Below, in pieces: positions 1-9,490 of a stretch of 64,000 nt of DNA. The position numbers and the translations under genes are program-made. The DNA comes from Candidatus Magnetocorallium paracelense (lineage in GTDB: Bacteria; Nitrospirota; Thermodesulfovibrionia; Thermodesulfovibrionales; Magnetobacteriaceae). Within the stretch, counting starts at the first letter, position 1; each line of letters begins with the position of its first letter. Under the pieces are notes generated by a model. That model made no database searches and was not told where the DNA came from. It was given only the letters and a program-made list of their open reading frames with translations. The DNA lies in NCBI GenBank assembly GCA_029001845.1, contig JAREWP010000022.1:33678-97677 (forward strand), given 5' to 3'.

Positions 1-1264
1 GGTCGGTTGCCGCAATGGAGATGTCTGTCGTAGAGCTTAGAATACTGTTCAGATAGGCTGACTTCTCTCTCAGCACCTCTTCTATTCTTTTACGTTCGGA
101 TACTTCAAGAGACAATAAGTCGTTGGATTCCTTTAATTCACAGGTTCGCTCTTCAACTCTGCTTTCCAGCTCCTCATTCGCCCTTTTAAGTTCTTCTCTG
201 GACTCGATAATTTCGTGCTTCATATGCTCATACTGCTCCTTAAGCATATAGAATTCGTCGCCTCTTTTCAGCGTAAGAGGTTCTATATCCATATTTCGGC
301 AAAAGAGAGAGATGCTTTGAGTAAGGAGCTTTGTATTTCTTGTTATCCAGAAAATGATAATCATGAATATAATGATTATAACGATTGCCGTAACAGCCCT
401 TTGGATACGTTCTGTAAAGAGAATCGATTTTGTCATCGTGTCAAACTGTTCCATAGAAATAAAAGAAGTAAATTGAAGCAAAAGGTCGGAAGCTCCGTAG
501 TCAAAAAAAGACTTTCCCGTAACCAGGTATTCTTCCTTTATCACAGCCAGTTCCAATCCAAAAGGCAGAAGTTCCGGCTCCGAGCTGGCGACTATTTTGT
601 TATCCTCACCTGTCAACAGAGCGACTATATTGCCATAGGCAGTCTCTTCCTCTTGAAAGGCGCTGAAAAAATAGTTGTCAAGAGGTGAAAGAATCATAAA
701 TATTCCCTGTGATGTCCCCTTATACAGGTCGATCGATTTTGCCGTTATGAGAAAGGGAAGACCTTCAATCTCTGTCATAAAACTTTGGTTATGACTTAAA
801 TGACGCAAAAGCCATGATGGTTTCAGTAATGTAGAAGGCATGGGAACAGGCCAGTCCTGAAACAACTCTCTCACCGTACCGTTGTCGTCCAACAGCATGG
901 CGTAACGGATATGTACAAAAGATCGCAGGACGTCTTTACCGGGGAACCATGGAGGCGTTGAATGGTAGATTTTTATATCGGGCGATTTATTATCTGTGAG
1001 ATGTAAACTTTCAATATAATCGGCAAAATTTTTTTGTGAAATTATAATTTTAGATGCATAATCATAATTCTGTATCAACCGATCGAATTGAATACGGTTC
1101 GACTCAGCCTGTTTATTAAGAATATCGTTTAACTGGTTATGAAAGATGGTCTCAAGTTTTTTGTGTTGAAAGTAATCGAGAATCGTCCAGACAACGATTC
1201 CCGTTAAAATCGTAATAAACAGCATTTTGATGTTTAACGGTATATGTTTTAAAAAAGTAGTCAT
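1..1264 (-). CDS. sensor histidine kinase, N-terminal part (3-prime end runs off the left edge of the window)
   Basis: Absent from the ORF track because it has no in-window stop. My translation from the ATG (revcomp of cat at 1262-1264) starts MTTFLKHIPLNIKMLFITILTGIVVW (TM helix). It continues through a long extracytoplasmic region and a second hydrophobic stretch (AVTAIVIIIFMIIIFWI). A coiled coil follows (ESREELKRANEELESRVEERTCELKESN). The visible end, LNSILSSTTDISIAATD, is typical of the start of a PAS domain. I checked the frame at both ends (open to position 2); the middle was read quickly. The 215..688 + ORF is its antisense shadow. Confidence 0.7.
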   Translation of the reverse strand, partial: MTTFLKHIPLNIKMLFITILTGIVVWTILDYFQHKKLETIFHNQLNDILNKQAESNRIQFDRLIQNYDYASKIIISQKNFADYIESLHLTDNKSPDIKIYHSTPPWFPGKDVLRSFVHIRYAMLLDDNGTVRELFQDWPVPMPSTLLKPSWLLRHLSHNQSFMTEIEGLPFLITAKSIDLYKGTSQGIFMILSPLDNYFFSAFQEEETAYGNIVALLTGEDNKIVASSEPELLPFGLELAVIKEEYLVTGKSFFDYGASDLLLQFTSFISMEQFDTMTKSILFTERIQRAVTAIVIIIIFMIIIFWITRNTKLLTQSISLFCRNMDIEPLTLKRGDEFYMLKEQYEHMKHEIIESREELKRANEELESRVEERTCELKESNDLLSLEVSERKRIEEVLREKSAYLNSILSSTTDISIAATD

Positions 1265-1276
1265 CAGGTAAATCTC

Positions 1277-2311
1277 TTACTCAGGTGCTCCGATCAACTC
1301 ATTTTTTTTAAACTTCCATCCTGCATTTCTAATATGGGATGCAGGTATAATACCGTGCTTATAGTCAATGTCTTGGACTGCATCCATGAGGTTATCGACC
1401 AGCGTTTGTGCGGTCTGATTTTGCAGCTCCTTTCTCTCCCATGTTGTGAGGTTGTATACTCTGTAAAAAGGATATTGTCCGGAGATCAGATGCTCGGGAT
1501 TGTCGGGACTGAAGCCGTTTATTTTTAAAAATTTTACAGAATCGGTTTTTTGATACCTCTCTATATTCCACAGTACTTCAAAGCCAATAGAATCTTTTAT
1601 GGAAGACACCTTTGACAGCATATCGGGTATTGTACCGACCTCAAGCATTCTGGAACTGTATAGCGTACTGTTATCCAATATCAGTCGCCAATGCCCGGGG
1701 CGGGCCTTGCAATGGAGCCTTCCAATGGTCCTGATAATCCTGTCCGGACCTTTTTCACCGGCAGGCGTTTTCAGCTCCGACCATGTATATATTTTCCCCT
1801 GAAAAATCGACCTTGCTTCATCGATACTCAAATTGTCTACAGGGTTCTTTGCATTTACCAAAATACCAAGACTTGCGATACCAATCGTATGAAACTTTAC
1901 GCCGGGAAAGCGGTCCTCTTTACCGGGTGGGCAGCAAAAACCGGCAATATCCACACTTTTTCTGCTAATCATTCCTGCAGAAATACCACACGTACCTTCT
2001 CTTACTGCAATATCCATATTTTTCTTTTGTGCGAACGTTTTTATAAGCGGCAGGAGAACAGGGTAGAGGTGTTGATCCAGTGTGACTGCAAGAGCGGCGT
2101 TTTCCGCCCACGATTCGTAGGTAATCTTCTTCGAAAGCCACATCTCGTCCATCATAGCGCCTTCAAAAGGATTGGTAAATGGTTTGCCATGCAAAACGAC
2201 ATTATCTTCAAAGGCAAAAGATGAAGATACCGATAATAAAGAGAATGAAAAAAAACCTGCAAACACGATTGTGAATAAAAACAGAATTGTTCTTTTAACA
2301 TATCTCTCCAT
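1277..2311 (-). CDS. periplasmic substrate-binding protein, PstS/PBP_like_2 fold
   Basis: 344 aa with an N-terminal signal/anchor (ILFLFTIVFAGFFSFSLLSVSSSFA). The core GTCGISAGMISRKSVDIAGF...LGILVNAKNPVDNLSIDEARSIFQGKIYTWSEL fits the phosphate-binding-protein-like pattern. It ends 12 bp upstream of the partial kinase gene. Confidence 0.7.
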   Translation of the reverse strand: MERYVKRTILFLFTIVFAGFFSFSLLSVSSSFAFEDNVVLHGKPFTNPFEGAMMDEMWLSKKITYESWAENAALAVTLDQHLYPVLLPLIKTFAQKKNMDIAVREGTCGISAGMISRKSVDIAGFCCPPGKEDRFPGVKFHTIGIASLGILVNAKNPVDNLSIDEARSIFQGKIYTWSELKTPAGEKGPDRIIRTIGRLHCKARPGHWRLILDNSTLYSSRMLEVGTIPDMLSKVSSIKDSIGFEVLWNIERYQKTDSVKFLKINGFSPDNPEHLISGQYPFYRVYNLTTWERKELQNQTAQTLVDNLMDAVQDIDYKHGIIPASHIRNAGWKFKKNELIGAPE

Positions 2312-2406
2312 GTGATTAACCTCCTTTATGTTTAGAATGTTGAAATCTTACCGGTGGGGTGTTTTCTAATGGCTGTATTGCCGAAAATCCTACAAAACAA
2401 GAGTAT

Positions 2407-3642
2407 TCAACGGATATTCACAATTTTAAAAGGCAGTGTCATTTCGATCGTCGTACCTTTTCCTTCAACGCTGTCAATGTATAAATTGCCGTGCATATCG
2501 TCAATAATTTTCTTGGCGATTGTCAATCCAATGCCGATACCATCACCGACTTGTTTTGTCGTAAAAAAAGGATTGTAAGCCTGCCTCAAAACAGTATCTG
2601 ACATGCCTGCGCCATTATCGATAACTTTAACACTTATCAATTCATCTGTTTCCGAGTAAAAGGTTATGACCTCTATGGCGCCATTGTCGCCCACCGCATC
2701 AATAGCATTTTTTATAAGCTGAAAAAGACATTGATTTATTTTATTTCTGTCAAAATCCTGCATCACAGGTATTTGTCCAAATGTTGTAGTGAATCTGATT
2801 TTATCGTTAATATTATTGCTCAATAACTGAATAGTATCCTTAATGCTCTGATTAATATCTATATTATCAATTGCAGCAATATCAATGCATGAAAAACTCT
2901 TTAAATTATTTACAATATCTTCAATTCTTCTGATACCACGGAGCATCCGGTTATATCGGTTGTCCAACGTATCGAAGAAAAAATCCAGCTTAAGATCCTT
3001 TAGATACTCTTTGTATTCTCTTTTTGTTTGATCGGGAATATTTGCATTATTCCAGAAGTTAACGGCGTACGTCATTTTATCCATATTCTTCTTCATTGAG
3101 TTAAGACTGCTTTTAACGAATCCCAGGGGATTGTTAATCTCATGACAGACTCCGGCAGCCAACGTATATAAACCCACTAATCTGTCAGTCTCAACCAATT
3201 GCAGCTCTTTCTCTCTTAATGATCTCTTTAAAAAGTACTTCTCCATGACTTCATCTAAAGCCTGAAACAAGGACGTTTTAAAATCGCTGCTTTTCAAAAC
3301 AAAATGATTCGCACCTTCTTTAATCGCCTTTATAATTGTATCGGTTGCACTGATGCTTGTGAGCATAATAATAGGAATTTCTCTGTTTTCACAGCGTATT
3401 TGTTTTAATAATTCCAAACCGCTCATACGGGGCATGTCTATATCCGAAATAATGACCGATAAATCGGGATTCTCACGATACCGCTGAAATCCTTTTACTC
3501 CGTCTTCTGCTGTGAGTACTTCATGCCCTTTATTTGTCAGCATTTCATACAGATTATTTAAAACAGATGAAGAGTCGTCTACTAACAATACTTTTAGGAG
3601 GGTTTCTTCGCTGTCGAAGCTGGTTTGGCAGGAATTCGTCAT
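2407..3642 (-). CDS. hybrid response regulator / histidine kinase (REC-HisKA-HATPase)
   Basis: 411 aa. REC: KVLLVDDSSSVL...IISDIDMPRMSGLELLKQIR. H-box: AAGVCHEINNPLGFV. G-boxes: DNGAGM...GDGIGIGLTIAKKII. Confidence 0.9.
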   Translation of the reverse strand: MTNSCQTSFDSEETLLKVLLVDDSSSVLNNLYEMLTNKGHEVLTAEDGVKGFQRYRENPDLSVIISDIDMPRMSGLELLKQIRCENREIPIIMLTSISATDTIIKAIKEGANHFVLKSSDFKTSLFQALDEVMEKYFLKRSLREKELQLVETDRLVGLYTLAAGVCHEINNPLGFVKSSLNSMKKNMDKMTYAVNFWNNANIPDQTKREYKEYLKDLKLDFFFDTLDNRYNRMLRGIRRIEDIVNNLKSFSCIDIAAIDNIDINQSIKDTIQLLSNNINDKIRFTTTFGQIPVMQDFDRNKINQCLFQLIKNAIDAVGDNGAIEVITFYSETDELISVKVIDNGAGMSDTVLRQAYNPFFTTKQVGDGIGIGLTIAKKIIDDMHGNLYIDSVEGKGTTIEMTLPFKIVNIR

Positions 3643-3910
3643 ATTGTATAGTCCAAATTTACATTTGTTAATAATCAGCGGTCTCGATTTTAACTATCGT
3701 AGTTTTTTAATGTTATCATTTTATCAGGTATGACCGATTTTGTCAAAAATGATCATCTTTACTTAAAAATATTTAACCTCAAGTTAAGTTCTTAAAAACT
3801 ATGCCGGAAAAAATGGAATCATACGATTATAACGAAAAATTGCATTTTCATTATTTATCCTGTTATGCTTTATTTTAATAAATTATTCGGGCAATGCCTG
3901 ATAATCATAA

Positions 3911-4063
3911 TTAATCAAAAAACAGCATTTAGCTGTCAGCCATCAGCAGTCAGCTCTTTAATTGCAACACTTTATGGTTCAAAACAGCTTCACCTGTAAG
4001 GTGAAGCTTATTGCTGAAGGCTGACCGCTGACCGCTGATAGCTGACTGCTGTTTTTAGTTAAT
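3911..4063. repeat. family I nested palindrome (gctgac/gctgat periodic arms plus a central perfect hairpin)
   Basis: Left arm 3917-3954: aaaaaacagcatttagctgtcagccatcagcagtcagc. Right arm 4013-4056: gctgaaggctgaccgctgaccgctgatagctgactgctgttttt, an imperfect complement. Central 9-bp hairpin: agcttcacc tgtaa ggtgaagct at 3986-4008. Confidence 0.85.
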
Positions 4064-4105
4064 ATTATAATGTCACTGTCTTATTAATCTTTATGGATAT
4101 ATACT

Positions 4106-5311
4106 ATGAACAATGAAATAGCAAAAAATCAATCCGAACCGGTTCTTCCGGGTACAGTAACAAAAATAGAAAGAGCAGACAAAATATTTTACATAGTAGG
4201 TACTGCCCATGTTTCGAGAGAGAGTGTCGAAGATGTAGAGAAGACAATCGACAGTGTCAATCCGGATTCTGTATGTGTCGAGCTTTGTGAAGCCAGATAT
4301 AAATCGATTATTGAAAAAGAACGCTGGAAGCAAATGGATATTTTTAAAGTAGTTAAGGAAAAAAAATCTCTTTTTTTGTTAACTCAACTGATTATGGCTT
4401 CCTTTTACAGAATGATCGGCGAACATCTGGATGTTCCTCCCGGGGCAGAGATGATTAAAGCGGTTCACATGGCTGAGGAGAGGAAAAAAGAGCTTGTTCT
4501 TGCTGACAGAAACGTTGAGGTTACTTTAAAGCGTGTATGGAGCGGACTTGGTTTTATAGGGAAACTGAAAATGGCTTTTCAGCTTCTTACAGCTTTGTTT
4601 ATGGTAAAAGAGATCGAGATCGACGATCTTGAAAAGCTAAAACAAAGCGATCAACTCGAAGAGATGATGAGTGAGGTTACAAAAGGACTTCCTCAGGTAA
4701 AGGAGAGACTTATTGATGAGAGAGATATTTATCTTGCCGAAAAGGTGCGTACTGCTCCAGGCAGAAAAATCGTTGTTGTCGTTGGCGCCGGGCATGTTAA
4801 GGGGATGACAGGTTACTTGGATAAGGAGAATGATCTAACCGAGATTACGCAAATACCAAAACCCTCTATATGGCCAAAAGTGGCAGGCTGGGCCATACCT
4901 GTGGCTGTGATAGCCATTATTGTGTATGGCTTTATGAAAAACGGTTTCGATCACTCAATGGATTCTGTTTATATCTGGTTCCTTGTAAACGGTTTGTTTT
5001 CCGCATTGGGTGCGGCTGTCGCATTCGGGCACCCTCTTACAATCCTGACTTCCTTTGCAGCCGCTCCGATCACCAGTTTGAATCCAATGCTGGCGGCTGG
5101 ATGGTTTTCAGGGCTTATGCAGGCATATATAAAAAAGCCGACAGTAGAGGATATGGAGAACTTGAAGAACGCCTTTAACTCAGTCAAGGGGTTTTGGCTG
5201 AATCCTGTCAGCAGAGTTCTTCTGGTGGTCGTTCTAGCCAATGCCGGAAGCATGGTAGGAACGTTGGTTGCCGGTAGTTGGATATTAAAAGAGACTCTGC
5301 TGCTTCAATAA
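4106..5311 (+). CDS. TraB/GumN family protein
   Basis: 401 aa. N-terminal FYIVGTAHVSRESVEDV and later VVVVGAGHVKG motifs are typical of the TraB (pheromone-shutdown-like) family. The C-terminal part has several TM helices. Confidence 0.8.
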   Translation: MNNEIAKNQSEPVLPGTVTKIERADKIFYIVGTAHVSRESVEDVEKTIDSVNPDSVCVELCEARYKSIIEKERWKQMDIFKVVKEKKSLFLLTQLIMASFYRMIGEHLDVPPGAEMIKAVHMAEERKKELVLADRNVEVTLKRVWSGLGFIGKLKMAFQLLTALFMVKEIEIDDLEKLKQSDQLEEMMSEVTKGLPQVKERLIDERDIYLAEKVRTAPGRKIVVVVGAGHVKGMTGYLDKENDLTEITQIPKPSIWPKVAGWAIPVAVIAIIVYGFMKNGFDHSMDSVYIWFLVNGLFSALGAAVAFGHPLTILTSFAAAPITSLNPMLAAGWFSGLMQAYIKKPTVEDMENLKNAFNSVKGFWLNPVSRVLLVVVLANAGSMVGTLVAGSWILKETLLLQ

Positions 5312-5351
5312 ACCCAAGTCGTTTATAATGATCTGAGTCATAGATGTTTAG

Positions 5352-7394
5352 ATGTTATCTGCACTCCGAATAAATCGAAGGGAAAATTTTTTTCTATCAA
5401 AAAAATTTCTCCTCCTGTCCCTTACAATATGGACCTCTATTGTTGCATCCTCCCTTTTATTGAATATTTCGGGGCTCAATAAAAGCGTTTATAAAATTGC
5501 AGAAGAGAGCTCTCGTGCAATGTTCAATCTTATACAGTCTTCTCGTATATGGAACGCCAGACATGGCGGGGTTTATGTACCGATAACTGACAATACGCAA
5601 CCAAATCCCTATCTAGACATTCCTGACAGAGATATTGTTTCAACGAAAGGCATGAAACTTACAAAAATCAATCCTGCTTTTATGACACGCCAAATCTCGG
5701 AAATCGCCGTAGAGCTTCATCATGTCGTTTTCCATATAACCAGTCTTAAGCCTATAAGACCTGCAAACAAAGCTGACGAGTGGGAAACGATGGTTTTAAG
5801 AGAATTTGAAAAGGGTAGGGAGGAGAAAATTTCTCTTATTAACGATAACACAGGAAGGGTGTTTCGATATATGGCTGTGCTTAAAGTCAAGAAGTCATGT
5901 TTGAAATGCCATGAAAAGCAGGGATATAAGACAGGCGATATCAGGGGCGGGATCAGTGTGACAATAAAATCGGACCACCTTTTCAGGCACTTTAATTCTC
6001 AAAGGAACAGAATAGTTATATTACATGTTCTGATTTTTCTTATAATCACTTCATTAATGATATATATCTTCTTGATACAAAGAAAATTTTGGATATCGAT
6101 GAAACAAATCGGTGATAAGCAGGAGGACATAATAAATGAAAGAACATCTGAGCTTGCCGGTTTAAACGATCAACTCAGACTCGAGATTAACAGGCGTAAA
6201 AACAGAGAAGAGGAGATTTCCTACAGGCTCCGCATTGAAGAGAGTCTGTTGCTTATCTCAAATATCTTTTCTTCCTCTTCTGACCCGGATATCAAAGCAG
6301 TTCTCTCTTTTCTGGGAGAAACATCCAAAGTGGATCATGTTTTTATATCCCTCCACAATAAAGATGTGAATCGTTTATATCATTGGAATGGCAAGAGTAC
6401 CGAAATAATAAGTGGTGAAACCTATGATGAGGAAAAATTCAATTTTCCATGGTTAACTGAAAAAATGCGGGACAATGACTATGTTGTAATATATGACAGA
6501 AATGAAATAGATGAACATGGCGCAAGGGAAAGAGAATTTTTAAAATCTTTTGGTATTCTTTCTTTTATTGCTGTGCCAATAATTATAAGAAAAGAGCTTC
6601 TCTTTGGATTTACAGGTATCGGTTACCATCTTAAGGGATTTGAGTGGTCAAAAAATCATATTCGCATCATACGTCTTATAAATGAGATGATTGCCAATTA
6701 TCTGGCCAGAGAGGAATCCCGGGATGTGATTAAAAGATCCTTAAAGGAGAAGGATGTTCTTTTGAAAGAGATACATCACAGAGTTAAAAACAATATGCAG
6801 CTTATTTCTTCGCTCATCTACCTCCAGTCCGAGAGTTTGCAGGACAATACTCTCAGCGCCATATTAACGGACAGTCAGAATCGTATAAAATCTATGGCAA
6901 TGATTCATGAAAAACTGTATCAGTCCGACGATCTTGCGGTTATCGATTTCAATGAATACACTCGGGACCTGGTTAGTACAATCCTGACATCACACAGAGA
7001 CCTGTCAGTGAGCTCAGGCATAAGCGTATCTTTTAATATACAAAATCTTTTGCTTGATATCAATACCGCTATTCCATGCGGGCTGATTCTCAATGAACTG
7101 ATTTCCAATGCATTGAAACACGCTTTTACTCCGGGCGTAAAAGGGTCGCTCTCAGTCGACCTTGTCAGTGAAGACTCGTGCCGCTATAAATTGACGGTAA
7201 AGGATAGTGGTAAAGGATTCCCGGAAAAACCTGACTTTAAAAATTTAAATACCATGGGGCTGAAGCTTGTTTATACTCTGGCCACCAGGCAGTTGAACGG
7301 TTCCATTGATATAGACATCACAAAGGGAGCTGGAGCTGTCGTAAAAATCGTCTTTAAGCCTCTTGAGTCATCTGCAGAAAGCAGAGTTATATAG
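5352..7394 (+). CDS. sensor histidine kinase with a periplasmic DUF3365 (Tll0287-like, CxxCH) domain, a GAF-like domain, HisKA_2 and HATPase
   Basis: 680 aa. Two TM helices flank a ~190 aa domain containing KSCLKCHEKQGYKTGDIRGGISV. HisKA_2-type H-box: EIHHRVKNNMQLISSLIYLQ. C-terminal ATPase: LNELISNALKHAF...DSGKGF. Confidence 0.85.
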   Translation: MLSALRINRRENFFLSKKFLLLSLTIWTSIVASSLLLNISGLNKSVYKIAEESSRAMFNLIQSSRIWNARHGGVYVPITDNTQPNPYLDIPDRDIVSTKGMKLTKINPAFMTRQISEIAVELHHVVFHITSLKPIRPANKADEWETMVLREFEKGREEKISLINDNTGRVFRYMAVLKVKKSCLKCHEKQGYKTGDIRGGISVTIKSDHLFRHFNSQRNRIVILHVLIFLIITSLMIYIFLIQRKFWISMKQIGDKQEDIINERTSELAGLNDQLRLEINRRKNREEEISYRLRIEESLLLISNIFSSSSDPDIKAVLSFLGETSKVDHVFISLHNKDVNRLYHWNGKSTEIISGETYDEEKFNFPWLTEKMRDNDYVVIYDRNEIDEHGAREREFLKSFGILSFIAVPIIIRKELLFGFTGIGYHLKGFEWSKNHIRIIRLINEMIANYLAREESRDVIKRSLKEKDVLLKEIHHRVKNNMQLISSLIYLQSESLQDNTLSAILTDSQNRIKSMAMIHEKLYQSDDLAVIDFNEYTRDLVSTILTSHRDLSVSSGISVSFNIQNLLLDINTAIPCGLILNELISNALKHAFTPGVKGSLSVDLVSEDSCRYKLTVKDSGKGFPEKPDFKNLNTMGLKLVYTLATRQLNGSIDIDITKGAGAVVKIVFKPLESSAESRVI

Positions 7395-7401
7395 GGGGGA
7401 G

Positions 7402-8778
7402 CTATGCAGGAAGTATAAAGTAAAAATTATTGCCCTTTGGAGCAGGTTCACAGCCTACGACCCCACCGTGAATTTCTACTGCATTTTTGATAAAAGTCAG
7501 TCCATGTCCGGTGCCGGGTTGTTGTGATACATTAGTGCCTCTGTAACCCTCGCTAAAAATCATTTCTCTCTCTTCCTCTCCAATCTGCCTTCCGGAACTA
7601 AATACATAATACTTCACTCCGCTCTTGTCCAAGCCGAAATAGTCTTTTAAGACTTCTCTGCCAAAAGAGACGTATTTGCCTGTTTTGCCAGAGTTCAGTT
7701 CTACTTCTTCCGTGTATTTCAAGGCATTTGAAAAAAAATTTGCATATACCTGAGCAATCAGCCCGACATCCACGACAGCAATGATTTCATCACCGGCGAC
7801 ACCACTTAGATGATCTTTAATCTCTATTTCCATATCACGAAACCTTTCGGCGAGCCTCTCTATTTGCGGTTCTACGACGTCGTGTAGCATGTTGCATGAT
7901 TTGGTTCTCAAGGTAAGGTGACCTTTATCGAAATGGCTTTTGCGTAACAGCGTCTCAAGGAAGAGGCTTGTATTGTTGTAGTGTTTGTCAATGTTACCGA
8001 ATTCTTCAGACAACCCTCTGTTAACGTCAGTCAATTCTTCAAGCAGGTGCTTTACGCATATGTCATCGCAAGGTTCATTTATATATCTGTTTAAAATATT
8101 GGCAATATCCTTATTTTTTGAAATCTTCCCGTTCAGACGACGGAGAAAGAGCTTAAAAACCATGTTAGGTACTATAATATTATGCTCGATATCGGCTACA
8201 AGAGATTTTATAAAACGCAGATGTTCTATGTGCTTTTCCAATAAAAATCGATTATGAATGTTGAAACCGATTCGATTTGCATATTTTTGAAAGAAAAAAA
8301 CATCATCTTCGTTGAGATCGTCGGCAGGTGATATTACCAAAACTCCGATTATATTATCTTTTGTCATAAATGGGAGATCACCTTTTAATACCTTTTTCCC
8401 TCTAATCGTCAGGATGAGTTTTTCTCCAACATTATATGGGGTGGGCCATGGTGTGATATCGCTGTCAATCACTGAATTTAATTCATCGCAGCACTCTTCT
8501 GTCTTTGCCTTTAGCAGCAGCTCTTTGGTTTTGAGATCCGTTATGTAGAGCTTTGCGTTTTTGTTAAAGAATACTTTGGGTATGGAGACACAGAGGGAGT
8601 ACATGTCATCGATATTGTCAAACTCCTGTGAGAGATCAAAAAAAGTTTTTAGAGCGTCGCCTTCGTCTTTGGTGAAATTGTAGCGGTTATAATTAGCCTT
8701 TTTATTTCTTATGGATTCCAAAATCTGATTAGTCGTAACCATAGTGTCAGTAAATAACTCCTGTAAAAAATGTTTCAA
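7402..8778 (-). CDS. GAF-like sensor histidine kinase / ATP-binding protein
   Basis: 458 aa. C-terminal HATPase motifs: FFSNALKYT, GTGHGLTFIKNAVEIHGG. Putative H region: VADIEHNIIVPN. Convergent with the previous gene, with only 7 bp between the stops. Confidence 0.7.
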   Translation of the reverse strand: MKHFLQELFTDTMVTTNQILESIRNKKANYNRYNFTKDEGDALKTFFDLSQEFDNIDDMYSLCVSIPKVFFNKNAKLYITDLKTKELLLKAKTEECCDELNSVIDSDITPWPTPYNVGEKLILTIRGKKVLKGDLPFMTKDNIIGVLVISPADDLNEDDVFFFQKYANRIGFNIHNRFLLEKHIEHLRFIKSLVADIEHNIIVPNMVFKLFLRRLNGKISKNKDIANILNRYINEPCDDICVKHLLEELTDVNRGLSEEFGNIDKHYNNTSLFLETLLRKSHFDKGHLTLRTKSCNMLHDVVEPQIERLAERFRDMEIEIKDHLSGVAGDEIIAVVDVGLIAQVYANFFSNALKYTEEVELNSGKTGKYVSFGREVLKDYFGLDKSGVKYYVFSSGRQIGEEEREMIFSEGYRGTNVSQQPGTGHGLTFIKNAVEIHGGVVGCEPAPKGNNFYFILPA

Positions 8779-8936
8779 TATTTTTCATTATTAAGGTGCT
8801 CTTTTAACCTTAAAAGGCAGAAAGAGTGAGACAACATCGTATGATAATGATCAAGTTTTTTACATCGTTCTGTATTTGCATTAATTTTTAGCGCCTTAGT
8901 AGTTACAAATCGTAAAAAAATGTTAAAATTTTGTAT

Positions 8937-9107
8937 CTGTTCACAGAGTTCAGGGATCGGTGGTCTGTTTTAAAAAATTTGACTTTTTTTCATAGTAAGA
9001 ACTCCGAAAGGGGTGGAAATACCAATTAAGCTCATGAAAATCAGAAAAAAGAGCCCCTTTTACCTTCAACTGATATCTGATCTCAGATCGCAGTGAACAG
9101 TTGCAAC
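8937..9107 (-). repeat. family C MITE-like element, copy 1 (terminal inverted repeats ctgttcacag...ctgtgaacag type)
   Basis: The reverse complement aligns along its whole length with 34925-35099. Shared blocks include actgttcac-gtgatctgag-tcaga-atcagttgaagg-aaagggg, ttcatgagc-taatt and aaacagacc-ccgatccctgaactct-tgaac. The ends are inverted (ctgttcacagag / cagtgaacag). Confidence 0.85.
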
Positions 9108-9205
9108 TTTATATTTAATCGGCAGGGTAATTAACAAGACAATTTAACAGATGAAGCATGAAGGTGTCAACTGTGTTATCGAAATATTATTATATCTGAT
9201 CTGAA

Positions 9206-9445
9206 ATGAGTAAAGATTTTTTAACATTTATACTCATTGTCTTACTATCGGCGCTTCTTGCTGCTCTTGTGAGTTTGCCCGTTCTGCTTGAACAAAGCAC
9301 TGTTATTGAACCCGAAATTGCAAAAGAAGATATTGAGCCTGAAGATTCTTTCTCTCTGCCTTCCGAGGTCTGTGAGGAGATAGAAAAGAGGGGAGGAAAG
9401 TGTCCTGATTCTATAAAAAAGTGCCCTCCAGGCGAAGATTGTTAA
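9206..9445 (+). CDS. small hypothetical membrane-anchored protein with a Cys-rich C-terminus
   Basis: 79 aa ORF. N-terminal TM segment FLTFILIVLLSALLAALVSLPVLL, an acidic linker, and a C-terminal CEEIEKRGGKCPDSIKKCPPGEDC. I recognise no family. Confidence 0.4.
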   Translation: MSKDFLTFILIVLLSALLAALVSLPVLLEQSTVIEPEIAKEDIEPEDSFSLPSEVCEEIEKRGGKCPDSIKKCPPGEDC

Positions 9446-9490
9446 AGTATGTAACTATGCTATTTTCATGCTTTGCGATAATCTGTGATT

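Noticed and set aside
215-688. ORF-track entries lying antisense or out of frame inside well-supported genes. Examples: 215..688 +, 1691..2224 +, 14048..14533 +, 21077..21496 -, 27956..28402 -, 35210..35671 -, 43461..43928 +, 45562..46152 +, 59357..59782 +.
   Set aside because: They overlap long ORFs that have clear family signatures. Their translations are low-complexity or biased (Ser/Leu/Phe/Ile rich) with no recognisable motifs. They are typical shadow ORFs.
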